Shown piece by piece: positions 35,361-44,480 of a stretch of 64,000 nucleotides of DNA. Position 1 is the stretch's first letter. Every line of letters begins with the position of its first letter. The notes beneath the pieces were generated by a model that was not told the DNA's origin, searched no databases, and saw only the letters and a list, made by a program, of their open reading frames with translations. Origin of the DNA: Candidatus Anaeroferrophillacea bacterium. Its GTDB lineage: Bacteria > Desulfobacterota > Anaeroferrophillalia > Anaeroferrophillales > Anaeroferrophillaceae. A program made the translations under genes and the position numbers. Location of the stretch: assembly GCA_016933675.1 (NCBI GenBank), contig JAFGAM010000100.1:8928-72927 (forward strand), given 5' to 3'.

Positions 35361-36565
35361 TGCTGACCAATACCCTGCGTCTGGCGCTCAGGGAGATCCG
35401 CCGCAACGTGCTGCGTTCCTTTCTGACCATTCTCGGCATCGTCATCGGTGTCGCCGCGGTGATCGTCATGGTCACCGTCGGCGCCGGCGCCACCGCCCAG
35501 GTCACCGAGCAGATCGCCAGCCTCGGCAGCAACCTGCTGATGATCCGCACCGGCCAGCGCATGGGTCCGGGGCAGACCACCGCCGCGCCGCCCTTCGACA
35601 TGGACGATGTCGAGGCCCTGGGCCGCGATATCCCCGCCGTTGCCGCCGTCGCTCCGTCCGCCTCGCAGCGGCTGGTGGCGGTCTACGGCAACGCCAACTG
35701 GGCCACCATGGTCACCGGCGTCGACAATCAGTTCTTCATCGTCCGCAACTGGGCCGTCGCCTCCGGCCGCCGTTTCCTGGAAACCGAATTGCGTGCGGGC
35801 AAGGCGGTGTGCGTCGTCGGCGCCACCATCGCCCGGGAACTGTTCGGGCCCCAGGAACCCCTCGACCAGCTCATCCGCGTCGGCACCTTCACCTGCACCG
35901 TGATCGGTGTGCTGGAGGCCAAGGGGCAATCCACCTTCGGCTCCGACCAGGATGACCTCGTGCTCGTTCCCCTGCGTACCTTTCAGCGGCGCGTCGCCGG
36001 CAACCGCGACATCGGGCTGATCCAGGTCTCGGTGGCCGAGGGCCGTTCCACCGACAAGGCAAAAAGCGATATCGAGTACCTGCTGCGCGAGCGTCGCCGC
36101 ATCACCGGCTCCGAAAGCGACAATTTTCAGGTGATGGACATGAAGGAGATCACCAAAATGCTCACCGGCACCACCCGGATTCTCACTACCCTGCTGGGCG
36201 CGGTGGCGGCGGTGAGCCTGCTGGTGGGCGGTATCGGCATCATGAACATCATGCTGGTGTCGGTGACCGAACGCACCCGGGAGATCGGTATCCGCCTGGC
36301 CATCGGGGCGCTGGAGCGTGAGGTACTGCTCCAGTTCCTCGTCGAAGCGGTGGTGCTTTCCTCCTTCGGTGGTGTCATCGGTATCCTGCTGGCCCTCTCC
36401 GCCTCGCTGGGCCTCTCCCGGCTGCTGCAGATTCCCTTCGTTTTCAACCCCGGCATCATGGCCGTCGCCTTCCTCTTTTCCGCCGCCGTCGGCATCGTTT
36501 TCGGCTTCTTTCCCGCCCGCAAGGCCGCCCGCCTCGACCCCATCGACGCCCTGCGCCACGAGTGA
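35360..36565 (+). CDS. ABC transporter permease (MacB-like periplasmic core + FtsX domain)
   Basis: 401 aa from ATG 35360, with a 1-nt overlap on the ATPase stop. MLTNTLRLALREIRRNVLRSFLTILGIVIGVAAV and the C-terminal FtsX motif TREIGIRLAIGA. Confidence 0.9.
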   Translation: MLTNTLRLALREIRRNVLRSFLTILGIVIGVAAVIVMVTVGAGATAQVTEQIASLGSNLLMIRTGQRMGPGQTTAAPPFDMDDVEALGRDIPAVAAVAPSASQRLVAVYGNANWATMVTGVDNQFFIVRNWAVASGRRFLETELRAGKAVCVVGATIARELFGPQEPLDQLIRVGTFTCTVIGVLEAKGQSTFGSDQDDLVLVPLRTFQRRVAGNRDIGLIQVSVAEGRSTDKAKSDIEYLLRERRRITGSESDNFQVMDMKEITKMLTGTTRILTTLLGAVAAVSLLVGGIGIMNIMLVSVTERTREIGIRLAIGALEREVLLQFLVEAVVLSSFGGVIGILLALSASLGLSRLLQIPFVFNPGIMAVAFLFSAAVGIVFGFFPARKAARLDPIDALRHE

Positions 36566-36811
36566 GGACGATTACTGCGCACTTTCCGGGCCCGGCGGTC
36601 CGGTTTCCGAGGAAAGATGATGGCACTTGCCGGGATTCTGCCGGTGAATAATATTTGACATAAAGGGTCAGGATGTGTAGGTGGATATAACATCGTCTTA
36701 ACAAAAGGCTTTGGTGGGCCGATCCGATCTGTTTCGGGAGCGTGGTCTGCCGGTCGGCCTTGATGGAACCGTAACAAGTGCCGAGTCCGGGCCGTACCGA
36801 AACCGCTTCAG

Positions 36812-37804
36812 ATGCCTTCTATCAGACCCTGTCCTTTTCACAAACGCCTGCGTGATTATCTCTTCTATGCCCTTATCAGGGGGCTGGTATCCGGGGTGCG
36901 GATCCTGCCCCGAAGCCCCGCCATCGCCGTCCTGCGTTTTCTGGGGGGACTTGTCTTTGCCGTAGGGGGGGAAGAGCGGTGCAAAACCATCCGCCACCTC
37001 ACCCATGCGCTTGGGAAGGAGAAATCTTCGGCGGAGATCGAAGCTATTGCGCGCGGGGTGTTCCGGCATTTCGCCGCGGCAGGTGTCGATTTCGTGCGGA
37101 TGGATGCCTATGTCGCCGACGGGTTCCGGGGGCTGGTTTCCTGCACCGGTTTCGAGCATCTGGAAACCGCGGTCGCGGGGGGCCGGGGGGTGATCGCTCT
37201 GACGGCCCATTTCGGCAACTGGGAGCTGCTGGGGGCCTATGTCAGTTTCCGGGGGGTGCCGCTGCGGGTCGTCGGCACGCCGCTGAAACATCGCCGGTTG
37301 GACGATCTGCTCGTTGCCGCCCGCAACCGGGCCGGCTACGGCAATATCGCCCGCGGCCGGGATACCAGGGAGATTATCCGGGCGCTGCACCGGGGCGACG
37401 TGCTGGGCATGCTCATCGACCAGGATACCCGGGTCAACGGCGTGTTTGCCGATTTCTTCGGCCACCCGGCCCATACCCCCGCCGGCCCGCTGCTGCTGGC
37501 CCGCAAGTACGATGTGCCCGTGGTGCCGATGTTCATGTGGCTGCGGGATGATCTGACCTATCAGTTCGAATGCCTGCCGCCTCTCGATTTGGTGCATAGT
37601 GATGATCAGGATCATGATCTGCGCGTAAACGTCCGGAAATGCAATGAGATGTACGAAAGCATGATCCGCCGCCATCCCGAACAGTGGGTCTGGATGCACA
37701 AGCGTTGGAAGAAGCGGCCGCCGCCGGAGGGGGACGGCGCGGAACGGGGAAAAACTGCGGCGTCCCGTTCCCGGCGTTCATCGCGGTCCCGCCGGGCGGC
37801 CTGA
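36812..37804 (+). CDS. lysophospholipid/lipid A biosynthesis acyltransferase (LpxL/HtrB family)
   Basis: Catalytic LTAHFGNWE (HX4E-type), DQD motif and PEQWVWMHKRWK C-terminal signature. Confidence 0.8.
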   Translation: MPSIRPCPFHKRLRDYLFYALIRGLVSGVRILPRSPAIAVLRFLGGLVFAVGGEERCKTIRHLTHALGKEKSSAEIEAIARGVFRHFAAAGVDFVRMDAYVADGFRGLVSCTGFEHLETAVAGGRGVIALTAHFGNWELLGAYVSFRGVPLRVVGTPLKHRRLDDLLVAARNRAGYGNIARGRDTREIIRALHRGDVLGMLIDQDTRVNGVFADFFGHPAHTPAGPLLLARKYDVPVVPMFMWLRDDLTYQFECLPPLDLVHSDDQDHDLRVNVRKCNEMYESMIRRHPEQWVWMHKRWKKRPPPEGDGAERGKTAASRSRRSSRSRRAA

Positions 37805-37881
37805 CGGGCATGGACGGATATCCGTAGTTTCCAAAACCGTGATGATTGCCAAAACACGGCAAAACGGCGTGTCACCCTGAA

Positions 37882-38026
37882 ATGGCCCCCCATACGCGCA
37901 GCGCGTAACATCCGGGAAGCAAGGCGTACCTGGCCGCACCTTGAGCGATGCGGGTTGCGGCGCCTGCCGGTCGCTGGCACGCACCGGCGGGCAGTGAGGA
38001 AGATGGTGCCGTTACGAAACCATCAG
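37882..38026 (+). repeat. interspersed structured repeat, copy 1
   Basis: AATGGCCCCCC...AAGGCGTACCTGG...GCGGCGCCTGCCGGTCGCTGGCACGCACCGGCGGGCAGTGAGGAAGATGGTGCCGTTACGAAACCATCAGG. The terminal TCA is the stop codon (minus strand) of the glycerate kinase gene. Confidence 0.7.
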
Positions 38027-39360
38027 GTACCGCCCACCACCACCAGCCGTACATCCATGACGTTGGTGTTGGTGGGGCCGGTGATAAGCAGGTCGTCGAG
38101 TTTCGCGAAGAAGTGATAGGCGTCGTTGGCGGCGAGGAAGTCCTCCGGTTTGAGACCCAGTTGCCGCGCCCGTGAGACGGTGTCACCGTCGGCGATGGCG
38201 CCGGCGGCGTTGGTGGGGCCGTCGGTGCCGTCGGTGCCGCCGCTCAGAACCGCCACTCTCGGCAGACCGGCGATATCCAGTGCCGCCGCCAGCACGAACT
38301 CCTGGTTGCGCCCTCCCTTTCCTTTGCCGCGAATTGTCACCGTGGTTTCGCCGCCGCTGATGATGCATGCCGGGGGGGCGGCAGGGTTGCCGCTGACCGT
38401 TGCTTCGCGGGCGATGGCGGCGTGCATCCGGGCGATCTCCCGGGTTTCCCCCTCGATGAAGGTTGAGAGGATAAGCGGTTGGTAGCCGTGCTCCCGGGCC
38501 GCCGCCGCCGCCGCGTCCACCGCCTGGCGGCTACTGGCGACGATGCGGTTGACGACTCGGGCAAAGAGCGGGTCGTCGGGCTTCGGGGTTTCCGGCCGGC
38601 GGCCTGCGGCGCCGGCCTCGATGTGTTCGTACACCGCCGGCGGCAACCGGTCGGCGAGCCGGTATTTCTCGACGATTGCCCGGCAGTCACTGAAGGTCGT
38701 GGGGTCGCCCACCGTCGGCCCCGAGGCGATGCTGGTGAGGGGGTCGCCGATGACATCCGAAAGTACCAGGGTAAGCAGGGTCGCCGGGGCCGCCAATCGT
38801 GCCAGTTGGCCGCCCTTGAGTTGTGAGAGGTGCTTGCGGATGGTGTTGATCTCGGTGATGTCGGCGCCGCATTCCAGCAGCCGGGCAGTGGTCTCCTGCT
38901 TGTCGGCCAGGGTGATGCCGGCGGCGGGCAGGGGCAGGAGGGCGGAGCCGCCGCCGGAGATGAGGCAGATCACCAGATCCCGCTCACCGGCCCGGGACGC
39001 CAGCTCCGCCATCCGCCGGGCGCCCTCGACGCCGGCGGCGTCAGGTACCGGGTGTCCCGCCTCGATCACTGCCACCGTCCGCACCGGCGCCAGGTGACCG
39101 TATTTTACCACCACCACCCCGGCGGTGAGCCGGTCGGCCAGCAGCTTTTCCATTGCTCCGGCCATCGCTGCGCCGGCCTTGCCGCCGCCGATGACGAAGA
39201 TGTTGTCGAAATTCTCCAGGTTCCATTCGTGCCCGCCGCAGACAAGGCGGCTGCCGTCACGCTCGACGTAGCGGTTGATGGCTTCCTCGGGGTCCGCCGC
39301 GCGGACGGCGGCGGTGAAGATGGCGCGGGCGTCCTCCCGCAGGCGGGCAGTAGCGGTCAT
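38023..39360 (-). CDS. glycerate 2-kinase / hydroxypyruvate reductase (DUF4147 + MOFRL family)
   Basis: 445 aa. VIGGGKAGAAMA, LISGGGSALL, IRKHLSQLKGGQLA and LSGGTDGTDGPT are typical of TtuD/GckA-type glycerate kinases. Confidence 0.88.
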   Translation of the reverse strand: MTATARLREDARAIFTAAVRAADPEEAINRYVERDGSRLVCGGHEWNLENFDNIFVIGGGKAGAAMAGAMEKLLADRLTAGVVVVKYGHLAPVRTVAVIEAGHPVPDAAGVEGARRMAELASRAGERDLVICLISGGGSALLPLPAAGITLADKQETTARLLECGADITEINTIRKHLSQLKGGQLARLAAPATLLTLVLSDVIGDPLTSIASGPTVGDPTTFSDCRAIVEKYRLADRLPPAVYEHIEAGAAGRRPETPKPDDPLFARVVNRIVASSRQAVDAAAAAAREHGYQPLILSTFIEGETREIARMHAAIAREATVSGNPAAPPACIISGGETTVTIRGKGKGGRNQEFVLAAALDIAGLPRVAVLSGGTDGTDGPTNAAGAIADGDTVSRARQLGLKPEDFLAANDAYHFFAKLDDLLITGPTNTNVMDVRLVVVGGT

Positions 39361-39651
39361 GACGATGCTCCTTCACCTTGTCTCGACATCCATGCGATAT
39401 CTATGCGATCGGCCGGCATGGCCTCATTCCACACTTTTTATTAACTCGAATTATGAGGTAAAAACAATCGTGAAGTGATGCAAATGTGAGGTTTCTCTTG
39501 AGAAGTCGACAATTCACCTGGTGCGTGCGGGTGCGGTTTCATACCGAGGAAAAATCCGTGCTGGTCGGGGCCGAATCCGCCGCTTTACGGCCGCCCCGAT
39601 ATCGGTTATATTCCGGTGCATCCGCTAACGTTTACGAATAAGGAGTTTGCC

Positions 39652-40422
39652 GTGAAAAGGATGTTTTCATTATCGGTCACGATTTTGCTGCTGTTTGTCT
39701 TTGCTTCCGTGGCCGCCGCCGCGCCCACCGACATCACCGTGCGGGTGCGAAGCAAAGGAGCGAAGTTTATCGGTTCGAGCATGGGTGGGGTACTGATCAC
39801 GATTAAAGATGCCGACACCGGCGAACTGCTGGCCAGAGGGACGGTCGTCGGCGGTACCGGGGATACCGAGTTGATCATGAAACAGGCGCACCGTACCGGC
39901 GAGTCCTATGCCGACACCAAAACCGCCGCGTTCACCGCCACCTTTGACCTCGATGCGCCCCGTTATCTGGAGATCGCCGCCTTCGGCCCCCTGGCCCAGC
40001 GGCAGGCCGCCAACCGTGTCACCCTGACCCAGTGGGTGGTGCCCGGCAAGCATCTCACCGGCGGTGATGCGATGATGCTGGAGATGCCCGGCCTAGTGGT
40101 CGACGTGCAGTCGCCCGCGACGCACATCAAGTTGTCCGGGACGCCGCAAACTGTGAAGATCGAGGCCAATGTGACGATGATGTGCGGCTGCCCCATCGAA
40201 CCTGACGGTCCCTGGGGCGCGGATGACATCGAGGTGCGAGCGCTCATCAGGAGGAACGGCAAAGCATACACCGAAATTTCGCTGGGCTATGCTGGCCGCA
40301 CCAGCCAGTTCGCCGCTGATTTCACCATCACTGAACCCGGGGTTTATGACGGCACGGTATACGGCTACGAGGCCGCCACCGGCAATACCGGGCTGGACCG
40401 GTTTACCGTAGTGGTCAAGTAA
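39652..40422 (+). CDS. secreted protein of unknown function
   Basis: AAGGAG RBS then GTG 39652 (an ATG at 39661 is also possible). Signal peptide MFSLSVTILLLFVFASVAAA. No family recognised. Confidence 0.5.
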   Translation: MKRMFSLSVTILLLFVFASVAAAAPTDITVRVRSKGAKFIGSSMGGVLITIKDADTGELLARGTVVGGTGDTELIMKQAHRTGESYADTKTAAFTATFDLDAPRYLEIAAFGPLAQRQAANRVTLTQWVVPGKHLTGGDAMMLEMPGLVVDVQSPATHIKLSGTPQTVKIEANVTMMCGCPIEPDGPWGADDIEVRALIRRNGKAYTEISLGYAGRTSQFAADFTITEPGVYDGTVYGYEAATGNTGLDRFTVVVK

Positions 40423-40445
40423 GTCATCGGTACCGGGTTTTGCTC

Positions 40446-40475
40446 TTGACAATCCGGTTTTCCGGGGGGTACAAA
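40446..40475 (+). promoter_or_regulatory. promoter candidate of riboswitch A
   Basis: TTGACA-atccggttttccgggggg-TACAAA. The same architecture recurs at 48379-48407. Confidence 0.4.
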
Positions 40476-40508
40476 GACAGGCTAAGAACATAGTAAGAAC
40501 ATAATAGA

Positions 40509-40675
40509 TTCGTTCGGGTGCTGTTTCAGCCTAACAGGGAACCCCGTGCAAACCGGGGACGGGCCCGCCGCTGTAATCGCCGACGAAAACCGCAAGATGC
40601 CACTGGCCGGCGCTGCCGTCCGGGAAGGCGCGGTGAGTAGATTGACGCGAGAGTCAGAAGACCTGCCCGAACGAA
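40509..40675 (+). promoter_or_regulatory. cobalamin (B12) riboswitch A, complete aptamer
   Basis: P1 TTCGTTCGGG/CCCGAACGAA encloses GGGTGC, AGGGAA, CCCGCCGCTGTAA, GCCACTG, GGGAAGGC and the B12 box AGTCAGAAGACCTGCC. Confidence 0.85.
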
Positions 40676-40738
40676 GCGGCTTCTCCCTTGGGTGAGGGAT
40701 GGCGTCGAGGAACTGTGAACGGGGCGTAAAAACGGATG

Positions 40739-40774
40739 CCCCCGTATCGGCTGCGGTCGATACGGGGGTTTTTT
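40739..40774 (+). terminator. intrinsic terminator (expression platform of riboswitch A)
   Basis: CCCCCGTATCG-gctgcggt-CGATACGGGGG followed by TTTTTT. Confidence 0.8.
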
Positions 40775-40854
40775 GTGCCCGGCACCTTGCATGCGCATGG
40801 AAACATCTGTTCCGGTCACTGATGGCGGGCGGTGGCGCGGGCAGCAGAGGAATC

Positions 40855-41700
40855 ATGGACATTGCCGCCGTTTTCCGGTCGCTGGAGCCGTTCCGTCAAC
40901 TGGAAGAAGATCGGCTTGTCGCCATCGTCGCGGGATTTACCCGGCGTTACTACCCGGTGGGTTTGCCGCTTTTCGGGGTCGATGAAGCTATTGCCGAGAT
41001 CGGCCTGGTTACCGCCGGGCAGGTGCGGCTGGAGGTTGCCGTCGGCAGGAATCGGTTCGTGTCTTTTCAGCGCATCGGCAGGGGCGAATTCGTCGGCCTG
41101 GAAAGTGTGCTGCTCGATGGCGGTTCACTGGTAAGAAATTTATCCGAAATTGCCGTCCGGGGATATTTCTGTTCCCGGAAAGATTTTTTCGCTTCACTGG
41201 GATCACTTCCCGATGTCCGGGGGTACTTTATGCGGGAAGCGGCCTCCCGGCTGGAAAAAGCGTTTCAGATCCTCCAGCGGGAGACGGTACCGGGCCCGGC
41301 TGCCGGCGACGCGGTATCGGCCGAACCGGTGCCTCGTGCCGTCGTGCCGCCTGCAGCCGCGTCCCCGGTTGCCCGTGCCCTGCGCTACATCGAGCAACGC
41401 TTCGCGCAGCCCATCGCACTTGACGAGATCGCCCGGGTCAACGCCATGAGCAAATCCCATTTCTCCCGGGTATTCAAGGTGGAAACCGGCTGCACCTTCA
41501 AGCGCTACCTGAACTGCCGGCGTATCGAGGCAGCAAAGGAACTGCTTTCCCGACGCGGGATGACGATAACTGAAGTCGCCATGGAGGTGGGCTTCAACGA
41601 CTTTGCCTATTTCAGCCGCACGTTTCACCGTTGTGCGGGGATGACGCCGTCCGAGTACCGGAAAACCCGCGCCGGCATGCCCCCGGCGTGGCAGACGTGA
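40855..41700 (+). CDS. transcriptional regulator: cNMP-binding-like (Crp-type) sensor domain + AraC-family HTH
   Basis: 281 aa from ATG 40855 (AGAGG RBS). The N-terminus FRSLEPFRQLEEDRLVAIVAGFTRRYYPVGLPLF...IGRGEFVGLESVL is Crp-domain-like. C-terminal AraC motifs are MSKSHFSRVFK and VGFNDFAYFSRTFHRCAGMTPSEYR. Confidence 0.8.
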   Translation: MDIAAVFRSLEPFRQLEEDRLVAIVAGFTRRYYPVGLPLFGVDEAIAEIGLVTAGQVRLEVAVGRNRFVSFQRIGRGEFVGLESVLLDGGSLVRNLSEIAVRGYFCSRKDFFASLGSLPDVRGYFMREAASRLEKAFQILQRETVPGPAAGDAVSAEPVPRAVVPPAAASPVARALRYIEQRFAQPIALDEIARVNAMSKSHFSRVFKVETGCTFKRYLNCRRIEAAKELLSRRGMTITEVAMEVGFNDFAYFSRTFHRCAGMTPSEYRKTRAGMPPAWQT

Positions 41701-41868
41701 AACAATCGCCGGCGCCGAGGGGCGTACCGGGAGGCGCGCCGGTGCCGAAACGGTGGACGGCTCCGGCCGGCCGCATGATTATGGTAATTTTGTTATAGTT
41801 TTTGGCAAACAACTCCAAGTATCAATATTTTTTTTGCGGTATACATGGCATCGTTCTCCATCATGAGA

Positions 41869-42036
41869 GGAACAGGAAAAGGGAATGCGGTGAAATTCCG
41901 CAACTGCCCCGCAACTGTAAATCCCGGTTGTCCGATCACGGACAATCAGTGCCGCGGCCAGGAATGCCACTGCTTCCTCATGGATGAGGCGGGAAGGCGG
42001 TCGCGGTCGGGAAAGTCAGGAAACCTTGCCTGTTCG
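41869..42036 (+). promoter_or_regulatory. cobalamin (B12) riboswitch B, canonical
   Basis: P1 GGAACAGG/CCTGTTC. AGGGAATGCGGTGAAATTCCGCAACTGCCCCGCAACTGTAA, GCCACTG, GGGAAGGC and the B12 box AGTCAGGAAACCTTGCC. Confidence 0.88.
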
Positions 42037-42532
42037 GTATGTTGTCGGGCTCTGTCGAGGGGCGGAGTGGCGATGAAGGTGCCGGCCGAATAACCGGGAG
42101 ATCCCCCGGTCGACCAAAGGCGCATTTCATTCTCTTCTCCTTCCCGATACGCAACATTCCGTCACATTCGTTTTCCGGCGGCTGCCGGAAATCCTCTCCC
42201 GAAAGTGGTGCCGGCAGTGCCGGCGCCGCAACCAGCGGACAAAGCCACACCCCGAGTGATCGGGGGCCGGAAAGCCATCGGGTCTCCACATTCCATGAGA
42301 CGGCCGGGTTGCCTACTGAAACATACGTACGGCGGCCCGGCCTTTTTTCCCGGGCCCGGAGCAGGGGAGGTGATGCCGGGCGCAAAGACGGTGCAGGGAT
42401 GTGGCGATGTGCGGGCGTACGGAGACTGGATACTGGATTGGAGCTTTGATCAGCGGACGCGAGAGCGCTGCCGCCCGCCGGGAACAGCAGGCGAAGCAAA
42501 GTGAAGAGGAAAGATAAAGGAGGTTTGTCATT

Positions 42533-43339
42533 ATGAAACGCAGTTTGTTGTTTGGCTGGATCATGATCGGGGTCGTATCCGCGTGGCTGCTTCCGGGCAG
42601 TGAAGCCCTGGCGGGATACTATGCCCCGGCGGCCGGTCAGGCCGGCTCGACCGCTATCTATATGAATGATGCCGCTTTTGTCGGCTGGGCCACCGGCTGG
42701 GAGGATTACAATGTCGGTAGCAACGTCGATGCCGGATGGCGGACGCCGGACAAGGCCCTCGGCAAGGCCATAGGGAGTTCTTATGATATCGTCTGTCTCG
42801 GCCGGGGTGGCTCGATTACGATGACCTTTGCCGACCCAATTGCCAACGGCAGCGGTGATGATTTTGCCGTCTTCGAGAACAGCTTCAACGATACCTTCCT
42901 CGAACTGGCCTATGTCGAGGTTTCCTCCAACGGGACGGATTTCTTCCGTTTCGCCAACGATTCCCAGACCGCAAGCGCGGTTGGCGGGTTCGGAGCGGTC
43001 GATCCGACGAATATCGGCGGTCTCGGTAGTAAATACAGACAGGGTTACGGCACGCCGTTCGACCTGGCCAGCCTGGCCGGTGTCAGTCCTCTGCTTGATT
43101 TAAACAATATCGGCTATGTGCGACTGGTCGATATCGTCGGTGACGGAACCTATTTTGATACCAGCGGTGATGTCATCTACGATCCCTATCCCACGGTCGG
43201 TTCCGCCGGTTTCGATCTGGATGCCGTCGGCGTGCTCAACAATGCCTCTCCGGTGCCGATTCCCAGTGCCGTCTGGCTGCTGGGCTCCGGTCTGGCGGGG
43301 CTGGTCGGAATTAGCCGCAAACGCGGGAACAGAGCATAA
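42533..43339 (+). CDS. secreted protein with unassigned ~200-aa domain and exosortase-type (VPxP/PEP-CTERM-like) C-terminal anchor
   Basis: AAGGAGG RBS and a signal peptide. Domain shared with 46475-48316 ([70 protein letters not shown]). Tail is [29 protein letters not shown]. Confidence 0.75.
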   Translation: MKRSLLFGWIMIGVVSAWLLPGSEALAGYYAPAAGQAGSTAIYMNDAAFVGWATGWEDYNVGSNVDAGWRTPDKALGKAIGSSYDIVCLGRGGSITMTFADPIANGSGDDFAVFENSFNDTFLELAYVEVSSNGTDFFRFANDSQTASAVGGFGAVDPTNIGGLGSKYRQGYGTPFDLASLAGVSPLLDLNNIGYVRLVDIVGDGTYFDTSGDVIYDPYPTVGSAGFDLDAVGVLNNASPVPIPSAVWLLGSGLAGLVGISRKRGNRA

Positions 43340-43390
43340 ATACGCCTCGCGGCGGATTACATTTAAACCTAATGATATTGGGAGGAAAGC

Positions 43391-44215
43391 ATGAAACGTT
43401 TCACCCTTAAAATTGCTTGCGCCATGGCGCTGCTGCTGCTGCTGACGCCGTCGCTTTACGCGGCCACGGCGACCTTCGATGATTTTGCCCTCGCTCCGGA
43501 GTCTCATTACGGCGGTGCCGGTTCAGGCGCAACCGGGTTTTCCGACGGCGGCGCCTTTTTCGAGCATAACTCCTCTGACTGGGCCTGGAACGGCTGGAGC
43601 TATTCCAATCACACCGATACCACTACCGCGGGGTATACCAACCAGTTTTCCGCCATTACCGGCGGCGGTGCCGGCGGAACGGCCAATTATGCCGTGGCCT
43701 ATGTCCCTACAGATTGGGCGGGCGGATCCTATGCTTCGCTCCCGATATCGATCATGCTGGATGATACCAGCGGCTCGTCATTGTCCGGCATGTACATCAC
43801 CAACACCACCTACGCCTACCTGTCCATGACCGGTGGCGATCAGTTCGGTAAAACCTTCGGCGGTGATACGGGAAATGATGCCGACTGGTTCAAGATGACC
43901 TACCAGGGAATCAGGTCCGACGGCTCTTTAACCGCTGCCTATGATTTTTATCTTGCCGACTATCGCTTCGCTGACAACTCTCAAGACTATATCATCGACG
44001 ACTGGACCTGGCTGAATCTCTCAGGTCTGGGCAATGGTCTCAAGGGTATCCAGTTTACCATGGCATCGTCGGATACCGGAGATTGGGGTATGAACACCCC
44101 CGCATATTTTGCCATCGACAACTTCAACGGTTCACCCGTCCCGATTCCCGGCGCCGTCTGGCTGCTGGGTTCCGGGCTGGCGGGGCTGGTCGGCCTGCGC
44201 CGGCGGCGTTTCTGA
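43391..44215 (+). CDS. DUF4465-like protein with exosortase-type C-terminal anchor
   Basis: Signal peptide. ATFDDFALAPESHY...NGWSYSNHTDTTTAGYTNQFSA...ANYAVAY...YITNTTYAYLSM..GDQFGK...FYLADY...WTWLNLSGLG...GMNTPAYFAIDNF matches my recollection of DUF4465. Tail is [26 protein letters not shown]. Confidence 0.75.
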   Translation: MKRFTLKIACAMALLLLLTPSLYAATATFDDFALAPESHYGGAGSGATGFSDGGAFFEHNSSDWAWNGWSYSNHTDTTTAGYTNQFSAITGGGAGGTANYAVAYVPTDWAGGSYASLPISIMLDDTSGSSLSGMYITNTTYAYLSMTGGDQFGKTFGGDTGNDADWFKMTYQGIRSDGSLTAAYDFYLADYRFADNSQDYIIDDWTWLNLSGLGNGLKGIQFTMASSDTGDWGMNTPAYFAIDNFNGSPVPIPGAVWLLGSGLAGLVGLRRRRF

Positions 44216-44480
44216 AACCTGGCCGCGACTGCTGTTTGACCACGGCCAGGTAACGGGATCACACCACATTAATTAAAAACAACGGCATTGATTTGACCGG
44301 GGCGGTGGTTCGTTTTTTGCGGATTGCCGCCCCGGTATGATGGCTTCGTGGTAAGAACGCCATTTTCATTCGTTGTATTGTCGATCGGGTTGTTCAGCGT
44401 ACGGCTGCGCGCACCACACGCCACAGTTTGTGCGCGCCTGGAATGAATTTCCAGCATTTACGGAAGAAAAATCAGCCTTG

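Noticed and set aside
36618-36640. Sigma-54 promoter reading of the recurrent TGGCAC motif (also at 29192, 30712, 49072, 53620, 57357 and 59962).
   Set aside because: None of the sites has the required GG-N10-GC spacing (TGGCAC-N5-TTGC). The motif is better explained as the 5' box of the interspersed repeat.
40699-40854. N-terminal extension of the AraC-type regulator ORF (track start 40699).
   Set aside because: It would translate through the riboswitch terminator hairpin. ATG 40855 has an RBS, and the Crp-like domain starts there.
44296-44336. 10-bp-stem inverted repeat ACCGGGGCGG...CCGCCCCGGT between the DUF4465 gene and the TonB-dependent receptor, considered as a terminator or a fourth riboswitch.
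   Set aside because: It has a 21-nt loop, no trailing U-tract and no riboswitch core motifs. It is probably an mRNA processing or stability hairpin. It is noted here but not called as a feature.
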